Source of the DNA: an uncultured Nitrososphaeraceae archaeon
Lineage (GTDB): Archaea > Thermoproteota > Nitrososphaeria > Nitrososphaerales > Nitrososphaeraceae
DNA: 41,808 bases
NCBI GenBank assembly: GCA_963837175.1
Contig: CAWIMJ010000030.1
Span: 1 to 41,808 of the forward strand
Direction: 5' to 3'
Positions 19,658 through 31,451 of the stretch are shown in pieces; the stretch's first letter is position 1; every line of letters begins with the position of its first letter. The translations under genes were made by a program, and so were the position numbers. The notes under the pieces were generated by a model. The model was not told the DNA's origin. It did no database searches and saw only the letters and a program-made list of their open reading frames with translations.

Positions 19658-19783
19658 GTAACGATTATTATTATTACGTTTAACCATTGCTTAAAGTAGA
19701 AGCTATGGTGTTTATTGCTCGACTATCTGGTTAATTATATCCTATTTGGTTAATAGTATACACTTGCAGTAGATATATCTATA

Positions 19784-20014
19784 CTATACTCTATACTTTT
19801 CTAATTCTCCAAAGTTTAGGTTCAAGAATACCTCTGCACCATTGAATCCACTGACCTGTGACTTTGGTATTTTGTATTCTTTACGTGCACCATCAGTTAT
19901 AACTACTACTGAGTCTGCATCTACTGCATCAACATTTCCTGCATCCTGTCCATCACTAGACCTTACATTCTTATGCACGATTCTGTCCCAATCCAGTACT
20001 GCTGGTTCTGACAT
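19784..20014 (-). CDS. Small PRC-barrel-like hypothetical protein
   Basis: WDRIVHKNVRSSDGQDAGNVDAV...YKIPKSQVSGFNGAEVFL. Confidence 0.75.
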   Translation of the reverse strand: MSEPAVLDWDRIVHKNVRSSDGQDAGNVDAVDADSVVVITDGARKEYKIPKSQVSGFNGAEVFLNLNFGELEKYRV

Positions 20015-20288
20015 TAGTAATATAGGTAAGATGTTTTATATAAATCTGTAACAAATCATCATACTAAGAGGATAATCCAACAGGAACAAGAGATACACAA
20101 ACTCATAGCAGAGCTGATACTAATAGTGTTTGAACAGAGATAGATAGATAGAAAGATTGCAATGGTCTTGGCTTGGATAGTTACGCTGCTACAACAATCA
20201 CCATCCTTATCATAACCAAAGTACATCAGCCTATTGATTGATTCAAATTCAAATTTTTCTTCCCTATAGATTCCGGCTGTCTTTTTCG

Positions 20289-20521
20289 CCATTACTATGA
20301 AATGTACATTCAATTCTCCTGGCCGAATGTATTATAAGGACCAGCTGCGTGATGTACAGATGTCTAACAAAAAAAGAACATCCACAAAGATATGGCTGGT
20401 GGATAAGCGAACTATCTTCTCTTGGAATCAAAAGAATGAGAAGAAATGATATGAGGGATAGAAAAGAAATTACTGACCTTACTGAAAATATAAAGCAGAC
20501 TCTTTTTCAAGAATATAAAAC
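20289..20521 (+). repeat. 233-bp near-identical direct repeat, copy 2
   Basis: See copy 1 at 16293-16524. Confidence 0.95.
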
Positions 20522-20828
20522 GGCATACTTTCAATAAATAATCAGAAAGAATTCCTAATAAACATAACCAGTTATTTATTGTAAAGGAAGAAATTAGTTT
20601 ACATTTCTATGGTTGGTTGGCCCATAGATGACGACGAGCATAAAAAATCCAGGTTTCTAAAGTTTTTATAATGGAGTTATCTCGTAAAATACTTGTTTTG
20701 TCCAGAATTTTATACAATTTATACTCACTAAGATAGTTTAATGTAAAATATTCAAAATATCCCTTTTTAGACACTAATAATAAAATTTACCCTGTGTTTA
20801 AATAGCTCAATAATAATAATATAAAAAG

Positions 20829-21398
20829 TTGAATAAAAGTAAGTCTCCGAGCTGGATGCGGGCTGCTCAAATAGGGCTCGGCGTATTGGCTATCATTTTG
20901 TCAATTATTGCTTTAGCGCTTCCCGGTCTGACATTCTTATCATTAGTTATTCTGCTATCTGTAGTGCTTTTCTTCGTAGGTATTGAGAAGGTTATAACAG
21001 GAATATTTATAGCTCACAAAGCTCGTTTCGCTACGATAGGCTTAGGAATCTTGACAATCATATTAGCTGGGTTGGCGATGGCCTATCCTGTGGCAGCAGC
21101 AATAGTGGTAATATTCTTGTTGGGATTTGCACTAATGATGGATGGATTTGGACGAATAATAGATGGAGTAACAAATAAAGCTAATAAAGGCTGGGTTAGA
21201 GGTTTTACTATAGGAGTAGGAATTTTGGCAGTTATAATATCTGTTATGATAGTGGCATCACCAATCTTTGGTGCTATATTTGCTGGGCTGATAATAGCAA
21301 TGGCTCTACTAATAATAGGTATACAAATGGTAGCGGCTGGAGTATCCGGAAGAAGGGAATCACTAATACCATCATCAACATCTCAGTTCAGAGAATAA
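20829..21398 (+). CDS. HdeD/DUF308 family membrane protein
   Basis: Six TM helices in the repeated G-x-L-x-I...P...GI pattern. Confidence 0.85.
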   Translation: MNKSKSPSWMRAAQIGLGVLAIILSIIALALPGLTFLSLVILLSVVLFFVGIEKVITGIFIAHKARFATIGLGILTIILAGLAMAYPVAAAIVVIFLLGFALMMDGFGRIIDGVTNKANKGWVRGFTIGVGILAVIISVMIVASPIFGAIFAGLIIAMALLIIGIQMVAAGVSGRRESLIPSSTSQFRE

Positions 21399-21743
21399 TA
21401 GAAGAAGATGCAATTTGCACAAAGCATGTTATGGGAAATACAATTTTCATTATTTGTGCATAACACCATTTTAAATATATGTACATCTTTCAGATAATGC
21501 AAGTAATACATGATTTTAAGAATCATGGAGTTGCATTAATTTATAGATGACTAAATTTAAAAAAGAGAGACGATGGAAATGATACAAATAGATAATATAT
21601 TTTCCTAAAAAAATGAAAAAACTGTATTTTGAAGTAATATTTGATGAGGATCAAAAGAACTCAGGAAAATATAAACTGCATGACACAGCAAATATGAGAT
21701 AAAAGATTCTTCAAACCACACTATAGATAAATACTCATTTTTA

Positions 21744-22920
21744 CTATGAGAAGGTTTTCATAAACGTCGTCTTTTCTAATAGGCTTTTACATTTCTCAGG
21801 AAAAATAGTACCATCTATATTGCGTTCCTTACCAACTATTAGTTGGTTTAATGTTTGATCACTTGAAGGATGCCAGTATAATAGTTGGTTTTCTTTATCC
21901 CAATTCATCTTTTTACTAGTGGCCCATACTCGGAATTCTGGCGAATAATGAAAATGATAAGGTATGTATATTATAGTAGGAGCATCTACTACAGCTCCCT
22001 TTAGAATTATTGCACTATACTTACTTTCTATATCAAAAAAAAGTAATATTGGTTCTGCTGAGCTTCGGATTGGATATGGACGTGCCATAACGTCCAAATT
22101 TCGATGTGTTCTATTCGGTCCAAGAATAGAATAGTCTTCTAAATTCCAATTATCCTTTCCATCTGCCGTATGATACAGATCATAGTTCCAGTAAGTTGCA
22201 TTGATTAGATATTTTTCAATTTGAATAAAATGTAGATTTATGTATTCTCGTATATTTGTCGATTCTTGAAACCCACCGAATTCTGTTAGAAATGGAATAA
22301 GTTCACGTTGAGATGCAGCTTCAACTAATTGTGCAAATATTTGTGGAAATTCACGCTTAATCCTGTACAAATTCTCAGGTATTTTTAAAAATGATCCGGC
22401 TGTGGACTCAAGATTATAATAATGAAATGATAAGACTCCACGATGTCTAAGAGTTTCAAGCGAGGCAGAATCGCTTGGTAGAGAGCTATGAAGCTGTATA
22501 CTGTTTATTTTACCTTCAATCATAGTATCACGTATGACGCAAGTGGAATGTGCGCTTTATATCGAAAAGCGAACGTCTAGATCCAGATTTATCACCGTCA
22601 GTGGAAGATACGGTCCAATCAACTCTTGGTTCAATGAACAAAAATATATTTTTATCATATCTTCTTAGTTCAGATTCTACATTGGTATAAAATTCATAGA
22701 GAAACTCCCTCAAATTTGTGAGGAGGTATTCCCACGGGATGCGGCTCGTTGAACGGTTCAATACCCAGTATGGCAGGATGTCCAAGACGATTATTAAAGG
22801 ATTTGAAAAACTTTACTGTCTGACCGATAGTTTTTTCTAGATGAGTACGAAGAGAATAATTTGAAAGTCCAGCTTCATGATTTGTTAAGTCATTATTCCA
22901 AAAAGATCTTTATAGTTTTT
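21744..22920 (-). pseudogene. Glycoside hydrolase family 5 (endoglycoceramidase-like), 5'-truncated and frameshifted
   Basis: Hand translation gives FWNNDL...AILGIEPFNEPH (acid/base Glu, 22742-22750), FIEPRVDW, SFHYY, FLTEFGG (nucleophile), YWNYDLY...DNWNLEDYS and RPYP. Confidence 0.8.
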
Positions 22921-23138
22921 CATAACTTTATGATGATGCTTAGTTAGTTTTTAGGCAAATTCTTGAAATCGACAAATTATGCAATTTCGATATTATATGA
23001 TTTTTACACATTTTTAGACTAAAAGAGTGAGGTTTTTAAATTAAAAAAAGGTAAATTATATGCTTCTTAATAGTTAAATTGGTTAAGGCATTCTTAAATA
23101 TGGACTGCTACCTTGGATAATATGGTGATATTAAAGGT

Positions 23139-24791
23139 TTGAAGACGAAGGCATCGTTCTTCTCATCATCATCGTCATTATTATCTTCTTACATCTTTCG
23201 TATTAATCCGACTTTAATTAAATATACAATTGTACCATCCATACCTTTAATAATTATAGCAATTCTATCTACCAATCCTAATACTTGGGTAGCATCGGAT
23301 ATTGATCATTTTTATTTTGAGATCATTGCAGTAATATTTGCTGCAATAGTGGCATTCTACTGCATAACGCGTGCTTATACATTAAATGATAAATTCACTC
23401 TTTTTATTGGTATAGGATTTCTTACAAGTGCTTTAATTGATTTGATGCATGCCATAATCTCGTACAATGCTACGGATGATCCACTTTTTCTCGGATACTT
23501 TATACCACAGACTTGGTTTGCAGGAAGGACATTTATCAGCGCTATGATGGTAATAGCAATCACAAGATTTGCCGTAATACCAAAAAATTCCGAAGGGTCG
23601 TCCCGCAGAACATTCATAGCTTATTTATCTTTAATTGTGATTTTGGCAGTAAGTGTATCTCTTGTCTCATTTCTTACAATTTTTCCAGGAGCATTAATTG
23701 ATTTTCCTATACATAGACCATACGAAATTCCTTCGCTAATACTATTTTCAATCGCTTTGATATATTTTTACAAAAACCAGCTTCATCGCAGAAATGATGT
23801 CTTTTATAAAGGAATTCTAGGTTCGCTAATAATTGTTATTTTCAGTCAAATTATAATGTCTTATTCCCTTTCATTTTTTGAGTCTGGACACAATGTATCC
23901 CACATACTCAAAGATACAAGTTATTTTGTTATAATTATTGCTCTTGCATTATCAAGTATACAGTACAATAAGAGATTGAGAGAAAGAGAGAAAGAAATTC
24001 GTGTTCAATATGAAAAACTAAAAAAAACAGACAAGGCCCAGAAGGAGTTTATCAATGTGGCCGCTCATGAATTACGAACTCCTATACAGCCAGTACTTGG
24101 CCTGTCAGAGATTCTTCACTCTAAAATAAAGGACACCAAACAACGTGAATTATTAGGTGTTATAACTAGAAATGCAAAACGATTACAGCGTCTTTCAGAT
24201 GATATATTGGATGTAACAAGAATCGAAAGTCAGTCACTAATACTAAACAAGGAGCAATTTAACCTAAAAGATGTATTATCAACTGCGATACAAGATCATA
24301 AAATTGAAATTGAAAAAACTAATAGTAACTTAAAACTCTTATACGAAAATGTTGATAATAATGATGACAATATTTTTGTTGTAGCAGACAGAACCAGGCT
24401 GATACAAGTTATCTCTAATCTGATAAGAAATGCCATTAAATTTACCAAAGAAGGTGTCATATCGATTAATGCAAGAAAAGAAACAACTGATTATGATAAT
24501 GACAATAATAATAATAATAACCAAGTCGTTATTAGTGTAAAGGATACTGGTTCTGGTATAGATCCAGATATTTTGCCAAGACTTTTTTCAAAGTTTGCTA
24601 CAAAGTCTTTTGAAGGTACTGGACTTGGATTGTTTATCTCAAAGAGCATTATTGAAAATCATGGTGGCAGAATATGGGCAGTAAATAATGCTGATGGGAA
24701 AGGAGCTACATTTAGTTTTAGTATTCCAATAATTTCGGCACAACAAGCAAATATAAAATTAGTTGATTGTTCATATGACAATATGATATAG
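23139..24791 (+). CDS. Membrane sensor histidine kinase with MASE3-like N-terminal domain
   Basis: About 8 TMs (HFYFEI...IDLMH), H-box AAHELRTP, N-box NAIKF, G1 DTGSGI and G2 GTGLGL. Confidence 0.93.
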   Translation: MKTKASFFSSSSSLLSSYIFRINPTLIKYTIVPSIPLIIIAILSTNPNTWVASDIDHFYFEIIAVIFAAIVAFYCITRAYTLNDKFTLFIGIGFLTSALIDLMHAIISYNATDDPLFLGYFIPQTWFAGRTFISAMMVIAITRFAVIPKNSEGSSRRTFIAYLSLIVILAVSVSLVSFLTIFPGALIDFPIHRPYEIPSLILFSIALIYFYKNQLHRRNDVFYKGILGSLIIVIFSQIIMSYSLSFFESGHNVSHILKDTSYFVIIIALALSSIQYNKRLREREKEIRVQYEKLKKTDKAQKEFINVAAHELRTPIQPVLGLSEILHSKIKDTKQRELLGVITRNAKRLQRLSDDILDVTRIESQSLILNKEQFNLKDVLSTAIQDHKIEIEKTNSNLKLLYENVDNNDDNIFVVADRTRLIQVISNLIRNAIKFTKEGVISINARKETTDYDNDNNNNNNQVVISVKDTGSGIDPDILPRLFSKFATKSFEGTGLGLFISKSIIENHGGRIWAVNNADGKGATFSFSIPIISAQQANIKLVDCSYDNMI

Positions 24792-25251
24792 AAAGAAGAA
24801 AATTTGCTGATAGGACTACTCTATATGATATTATGTAGTGATGTTATTGGCCTTTTTTAAAACTACTGGCGAGTATACAACTTGCTTTAAGATGATTTTT
24901 TTTATGTTGAATAGGTATTTTTCAGTTATTGTATCAATAATATGGTCTCAATCATATTTTGTTCCCTGGCATCAAATCACATCTTCTTTCTATCATTTTA
25001 CCATCGCTTGTATCATTATCATCATCATCATTGATTTGATAGAGAACACTTGAACAAAAATTCAAAATATGTTTGCAAATTGACATTCGGTTGTTGTATT
25101 ATCTCTGAGTCATCATTGCTCATTTGAGGAAGGGGGGAGGGTGGTGGTGGATCTTTAGGTCATTCGTCCCCTATTGATAATCCAACTTTAAGGTGAGTAT
25201 GATTCCATTATACTATAATATTTTTAAACTTAACTCACGATACAATTCTTA

Positions 25252-26250
25252 ATGTTGTTACAGGAAATTGATCATTTGTCTGTTACAATTTTAATGGATA
25301 ATTATACTGATAGACTTCTGCCAAGCTTCTTACCTGCAATTAGGCCGCCAATGATAATGCATGGAAGATTTCTTACTGCTCCAATTGCAGAACATGGCTT
25401 TTCAACTATTCTCGATATCAGATACAATGATGAAAAGAAGAAAAATATATTTCTCTTTGATACTGGTGTAAGTGAAAATGGAATAATTTTTAACGCCGAT
25501 ATTTTTGGAATAGAACTTAGGAATATTGAAACAATTGTCTTGAGTCATGGTCACTTGGATCATTGTTCAGGACTTTTAAATGTGCTAAAGAAAGTGTCTA
25601 AACCGATTGATGTCATAGCTCATCCTGATGCATTCCTAAAACGATGGATAATATATCCTGATGGGAATAGAGCAAAGATGCCCGTGCTTGATGAAAAGGA
25701 TTTGGAGAATCATGGAGCAACAATACGCAAGATTAGAAACATAAGCTTTCTTCCAAATAACAATAATGAGGGTGCTGATGATAATGTTGATGGTAGTATC
25801 AATTTACCACCACCACTTATGATTACAGGACAAATTCCTAGAAAGACAAGCTTTGAGAAAGGTTTCCCGCTACAGTATAAGGAAATAGAAGATGAGAAAG
25901 AACTTGTCCCTGATCCGTTAGTGAATGACGATCAAGCAGTAGTAGTAAATATTAAACAAAAGGGATTAGTGATTGTCACAGGATGCGGCCATGCTGGAAT
26001 TATAAATACAATAAATTATGTTAAAAAGGTCACCAAAATAAACAAAGTATTTGCGGTTTTGGGAGGATTTCATTTGACTGGAGGGATATATGAGGAGTCA
26101 ATAGAACCGACAATCAAGGAGCTGGAAAAAGCAGATCCTAAATATATTATACCTTGTCATTGCACTGGCTGGAAAGCAACTAATAGAATAATTGAAGCGA
26201 TGCCTGAAAGATTCATACAGACAAGTGTAGGTACATCATTTAATTTTTAA
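25252..26250 (+). CDS. MBL-fold metallo-hydrolase (dihydropterinyl-methyl-RFA-P synthase-like subgroup)
   Basis: AEHGFS, FDTG, SHGHLDH, GCGHAG, GGFHL and PCHCTG. Confidence 0.92.
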   Translation: MLLQEIDHLSVTILMDNYTDRLLPSFLPAIRPPMIMHGRFLTAPIAEHGFSTILDIRYNDEKKKNIFLFDTGVSENGIIFNADIFGIELRNIETIVLSHGHLDHCSGLLNVLKKVSKPIDVIAHPDAFLKRWIIYPDGNRAKMPVLDEKDLENHGATIRKIRNISFLPNNNNEGADDNVDGSINLPPPLMITGQIPRKTSFEKGFPLQYKEIEDEKELVPDPLVNDDQAVVVNIKQKGLVIVTGCGHAGIINTINYVKKVTKINKVFAVLGGFHLTGGIYEESIEPTIKELEKADPKYIIPCHCTGWKATNRIIEAMPERFIQTSVGTSFNF

Positions 26251-26899
26251 TGATCTATCTATTTCATTCACAAAATTATTCGTGAAATTGGGTTCAATCA
26301 ATTTTTCTCCTTCCAATGCCCCTTCTTCTTTTTGGTGGCAATACTTCAGAATCTCTATTTAGCATATCTTGATTTTCATCATATATGAATAAACTCAAAT
26401 CTTTTTTGTTCACTATTAGAGGATAGGTGGCAGCCTAAAATGACTTCATAAGAAATCTATAGTAGTATTTAGAAATATTGAATTTATAAATTTATATATA
26501 ATATATTTTTTTTGAATTACTATGCCAATGTAAGGATACTATTACTAGTTTGTTATTTCTCCATTTGTTATTGTATTAAAAATATCTGCTTTAATTTATT
26601 TAATTTAATTTAACTTTATTTTATTTTATTTTATTTTATATTTTTTGAAAAGCTATGTCTCTCTCGCTCCCTGACCTTTTAGTCTTTCATAAAACCAAGT
26701 ATAAAATAATTGGCATCATAATACTATTGTCTCTCCATGGAACACAAAAGTTAACATTGCTAGTACTAACGCGTGTATGTCAATCAAGTTTTAGTAGGTT
26801 ATTATTATTACCATTCAAAATAAATAAAATACTAATGGTGGTAATGATCGCATGTATGTGTGATCACTCTGAGTGGATATACATTCATCTACATCCATG

Positions 26900-27523
26900 T
26901 TAATGAAGTGCTCCACCGCTTGATTTACTAATTGTGGCATGTGCTGTTATTACTGCTGAATAACCACCAGCCTCAAAGCTTAGAGTTTGGTTAGATGTAT
27001 TTACTAGAGCAATATCGGTTATTCCATTAGGTATCTTGCCATGATAGAAACATGAAGATCCTGTAATAGATAACTCTATATTTTTACCATCAAGAGTACC
27101 ATTGTTAATAGAATTGCCTACATCTAGTGTTCTAAAGTTAGGCTCTACACCGCTGATTATGGTAACCAGTGGTTTACCATAATTGTCACATGGAACCTTT
27201 ATTGCAATATGACCTTCAGCAGTAGTGTTAAATGGAGCAAGGTCAATCAAATGAAGGTAATCTCCATTCTCTAATTTTCCAGTTAAAGGTATATTTTGTG
27301 AGATAAACAGGTTTTCTTCTCCTTTATATTCTTCTCCTTCAGTTGCCTGGGTCTGATTAGTAGTTGTTGCTGCTGTTGTTGCTGCTGCCGCTAGGCCATA
27401 TGCATTATCAAATCCTGGAAGTGTAGCTACTAATCCGCCTCCACTTCCTCCTCCTATTACTGATATTGTTGCTATTGCGACCATCAATAACAATAGTGAA
27501 TAAACATTCGTATTATTATTCAT
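26900..27523 (-). CDS. Secreted thaumarchaeal hypothetical protein
   Basis: Signal peptide, then GDYLHLID...GHIAIKVPCD...SCFYHG...ITDIALVN. Likely start is ATG 27523. Confidence 0.75.
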   Translation of the reverse strand: MNNNTNVYSLLLLMVAIATISVIGGGSGGGLVATLPGFDNAYGLAAAATTAATTTNQTQATEGEEYKGEENLFISQNIPLTGKLENGDYLHLIDLAPFNTTAEGHIAIKVPCDNYGKPLVTIISGVEPNFRTLDVGNSINNGTLDGKNIELSITGSSCFYHGKIPNGITDIALVNTSNQTLSFEAGGYSAVITAHATISKSSGGALH

Positions 27524-28045
27524 TGCAAAGTGATAAATTCCTCTTATAATTAGATGTTTGGTCAAAAAAATCAGCGTATTTATCTGTTATATAGGTGAGG
27601 ATATGTGGTGATATTAGAACTCTAAAAGGTTCATACATCTAACTATATCTATACTATATGTCATACCCCCAATAAGTGAAATTATAAAGCTAAGAACAAA
27701 GCTAATACCATGTGTACACAGAGGGCTTGTAGTCTTTAATAAATTCAGGAAATAGTTAATAATACTATTTGACAGTATTAACCTGTAATAATTAACTAGT
27801 ACTATCCAACAAATCTTTGATATGGTGTGTTATGTTTATGAATGGATTTTTATTTTATAATGCATTATATGGCATAAAATTATACTAATATTATTATCAT
27901 ATCAAAACAAAAAAGCGAGAGTAGAATTTGACTAACTAACCCAATTAGAAATAGAAAAAATACATTGATCTGAAATGACCTTCCACTGATTACTGTTTAC
28001 TAATCATACTTGTAGTGTGATCTAACAGGATGATAAATTTTTTTA

Positions 28046-28336
28046 TCAAAAGTTATCGCCAAAGTTTCTCATGTGCTCGTTTACTTCTTCTTGAGGGCCC
28101 TTTATTGTCTTGTGCTTATATTCGTCTTTATGGGTTCGATAATCTAATTCCTTTTCATGTTCTTCCCTTGCATGATGTAACCTATCTTTTTCATGAATGA
28201 ATTCCTTACCACAGTATTGGCATTTGACGATAGTGTGATGATGTATATGGACTGCATGTTTTATTAGATCATCGTAACTTCCAAACTTTTCACCACATTG
28301 ATCACACACATTTTTGTTATGATGGAACAGATTCAT
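28046..28336 (-). CDS. Tandem C2H2 zinc-finger protein
   Basis: CDQCGEKF..YDDLIKHAVHIH and CQYCGKEF.HEKDRLHHAREEH. Confidence 0.88.
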   Translation of the reverse strand: MNLFHHNKNVCDQCGEKFGSYDDLIKHAVHIHHHTIVKCQYCGKEFIHEKDRLHHAREEHEKELDYRTHKDEYKHKTIKGPQEEVNEHMRNFGDNF

Positions 28337-28941
28337 TTAGAATTGTAGTGGGTCGCACTGACTATAAGGATTTTTTGGTCAATGTTAGAAAATGGATTTG
28401 CATGTAATTGTCTATTAAAAATAAAATAAAAATAACTTGGATTTTTCTTGAATTATATATATGATTATACTATAAGATCAATTAGGAAGTAAATGGAGGT
28501 GTGTTGTTGTGCCTTTTTTTCAGAAGACTATACTACATTACAACATATTTTTATTTTCAATATATGTTTCCTTTCTCATATTGATGTTGATCCTTCGCTT
28601 TGATTACTCCTAGTTCCAATTATGTCATGATTCGCCATAAAATACTCTCATCAGAAAGTTACCCTTTTACATGTGGAGCATTAGTGTCATATCAGATTTC
28701 ATCCATGACACCTATTCCTGAATTATGGGAGGGTATATAGTATCTGCAATTTCAAATATCTATTATGTGATAATCCCAGGTATTCACACTCTAGACTAAG
28801 ATTGATTATGAATCTAGGATTGAATGCTGAACAAGTAATATTTGCTGCTATTTTCGACTTTTACTTTAAGAAGACAGTTATTACATAGTACACATAATGT
28901 AGAAGAAAGCTAATTTACATCAGAAATTTTTTTAATAAGCT

Positions 28942-29343
28942 ATGGCTTTACATTTTTTAATGAATTATGAAGAAACAATTAAGGAAATAGAGCAGACATT
29001 TGGAACATTACCAGGATTTTTTAAAAACACCCCAAAGGATATTCTTCCTCAGATGTGGCCTTTATTCAAAAAATATCAGATCGGCGAATCTGCAATACCA
29101 CAGAAATATAGAGAAATGATGACGTTAGCTGCTGCAGCCGCAACAAAGTGTCCTTATTGTCAGACATATCATAAAGAAGTATCAAAAATGTGGGGAGCGA
29201 CAGAGGAAGAACTAAATGAATTAGCTGTAGTTATAGGACAAACTGCTTTTTGGAGTAACGTCTTACATACCCAAAATTATGATTATAATACCTTTGTCAA
29301 GGAACTAGAACAGATTAAGGATTATATGTCTAAGCAAAAATAA
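28942..29343 (+). CDS. Carboxymuconolactone decarboxylase / AhpD-like protein
   Basis: KYREMMTLAAAAATKCPYCQTYH...GATEEEL. Start may be 28960. Confidence 0.9.
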   Translation: MALHFLMNYEETIKEIEQTFGTLPGFFKNTPKDILPQMWPLFKKYQIGESAIPQKYREMMTLAAAAATKCPYCQTYHKEVSKMWGATEEELNELAVVIGQTAFWSNVLHTQNYDYNTFVKELEQIKDYMSKQK

Positions 29344-29714
29344 GAACAACGAAGACTGAAAAAACAGAGTATAAAAATATCTATGATGGTAATTGAGTAG
29401 CAATAATCTCTATTTGCATATTTTCTGTCTTAAATTTTTATATTCAATCAATAGATGAACGATCTTGTTGTGAAAAGAATAATAACAATATAACTACTCC
29501 TGGTAGTGGTATTATTTATGTTGAACTAGAAAATCAAGAGACTTTAGGTAAGCTTGTACAAAACTATAAAATAGATAACGAGTATAATAACAATCCATAA
29601 CAGCAAATATTATTCTTCCAAAGTGACAGCTTGCCAATGTTGTGTGCTTGATACTACTAATAATAATAATAATAATATTAATAACAAAATATTTCTCTCT
29701 TTCTATCTATCTAT

Positions 29715-30357
29715 TTATTTATCTGCTTCCTGTCGAATGGCTTTAATCATAGCAATAAATGTATCAAAGTCTTTCTGGTTTAACTTTTCAATCATATCTA
29801 TTTTTTACTTTATTATTGTTTTTGCTTCTCCTACTATTCCAGATAGAGTCTTTTGTAATCTTGCAGAGATTAATTTAGCCCCTAATGTAGATATGAACGT
29901 TCCAAGAATCCTATACCTGCAAATATTAGGAATGTAGTTACTATCTTACCTTCTGTAGTAACGGGATAAACATCTCCATATGCTATAGTTGTTACTGTTC
30001 CTACTGCCCACCACAAGGCATTACCTAAATTATTTATGTTGGCTCTTGGGTTTCCTGATTCTGCAAAATAGATCCCTATGGAACCAAGAATTATGGTGAC
30101 TGTTGTGAATAATGCTAGGAAAATAAATTGTGTACTTCCAAAATATGTTAAAAGTCTATAGAGTCTAACAATCTAAAGAATACAATAAGTCTCAGACCAC
30201 GTATAGCTGCTCCAACAATGGTTGGAGTGTCAAAAGCAGCATACAATAATAATGGCAGCATAGCTGGAATCTCATACCAATGCTTGATAATGAATTTGAA
30301 GGCTTCCTTTGAAGCTTTTAGTCTAACATAGTAATCAACTACTATACTGCCTAACAT
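29715..30357 (-). pseudogene. Potassium channel family protein, disrupted
   Basis: S2-S4-like part (RGLRLIVFFRL), then NALWWAVGTVTTIAYGDVYPVTTEGK pore region. At least two frameshifts, an in-frame TAA and a truncated 5' end. Confidence 0.85.
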
Positions 30358-30977
30358 AATTTCGTATATCTTTTAAAACCAAGTAAAAGGATTTTTTAAG
30401 CATAGTAAACCTTACATACATATTAAGAAAAATCTGTGAACGAACTTTTGTTAGTTAGTATAGCAAAATTATCACTACCAAATTGAAGAAATAAATAACT
30501 AATCTTTGATTTTCTGATAGTGGAACAAAATAATCAATTAGTATTAATACTAATAGTGCTATAATTAATATGGCTACAGATAACTCTATCTCTCTGTGTA
30601 TAATTGAATTAAAAGGACAGTTCTAATAGCAAGTAAAGTTTACCAAACATGATAGATTGGAGAATTTTCCTTAGGCTGTTTTTACGGTAAATAGAATGAT
30701 CTATATGGTATGTACTCACTAGTGGAAGAAATTACATTGTTACCTGTACTAAATGAAGATCGAATGAGAGACAGAAGAACACAATATAGAATATATACGA
30801 TTTTATTCGCTTAACAGAAAATAGAAATATAGAAATGTAATATTGAAACTAACGACAAGTCCATTTCTAATTATAATCCTTCTATTCAATAGTTAGAATT
30901 ACCAGTCAGTTATAAAATAATACATAACTTTGGCTTTCTGTCACATTTATAATAGAGGGTATGAATTTCTATTTTCC

Positions 30978-31172
30978 ATGGCAAGACTCGTTAGCAAAGA
31001 AGATAGGGGACCTATGGAAGTCAAAGTTGGAAATGAAAGTAAGTGGATTTGTATGTGTGGATTAAGTAAGAACCAACCCTTCTGCGATGGCTCACACAAA
31101 AGGACCGCAGATGAAGAAGCAGGAAAAGTTTATAGATATAATCCTGATGGATCTAGAACTGAAATTCAATAG
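30978..31172 (+). CDS. CDGSH iron-sulfur domain protein
   Basis: WICMCGLSKNQPFCDGSH. Likely start is ATG 30978. Confidence 0.93.
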   Translation: MARLVSKEDRGPMEVKVGNESKWICMCGLSKNQPFCDGSHKRTADEEAGKVYRYNPDGSRTEIQ

Positions 31173-31451
31173 AAATAAAAATTTGAAAAGTCTGATCCCT
31201 ACATTATTCTATTTTTTGTAATAGTAAATAACTTTGATTTTCATACTTTTAGAGAAGGAATATGAATATAAATTACAAATGCAACTGTAGTGTTGCTGAT
31301 GTTATTGACGATGATGTTACAGGTTTATACCTTAAGTTAAAAGTGACAAAATCTGAAACTGCTCCTTGGCTTAACTATCATAATTAATTCGTCTAGAGGA
31401 AATCATCAATGGCTAGAATGAAGGAAGAACAATAAATCGGGTTTTTTGTTA

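Noticed and set aside
25128-25150. G-rich tract ggaaggggggagggtggtggtgg as a G-quadruplex
   Set aside because: Mostly two-G runs from a (ggt)n microsatellite, with no supporting context.
29623-29937. 104-aa plus-strand ORF
   Set aside because: Antisense to the K+ channel relic and built partly from microsatellite.
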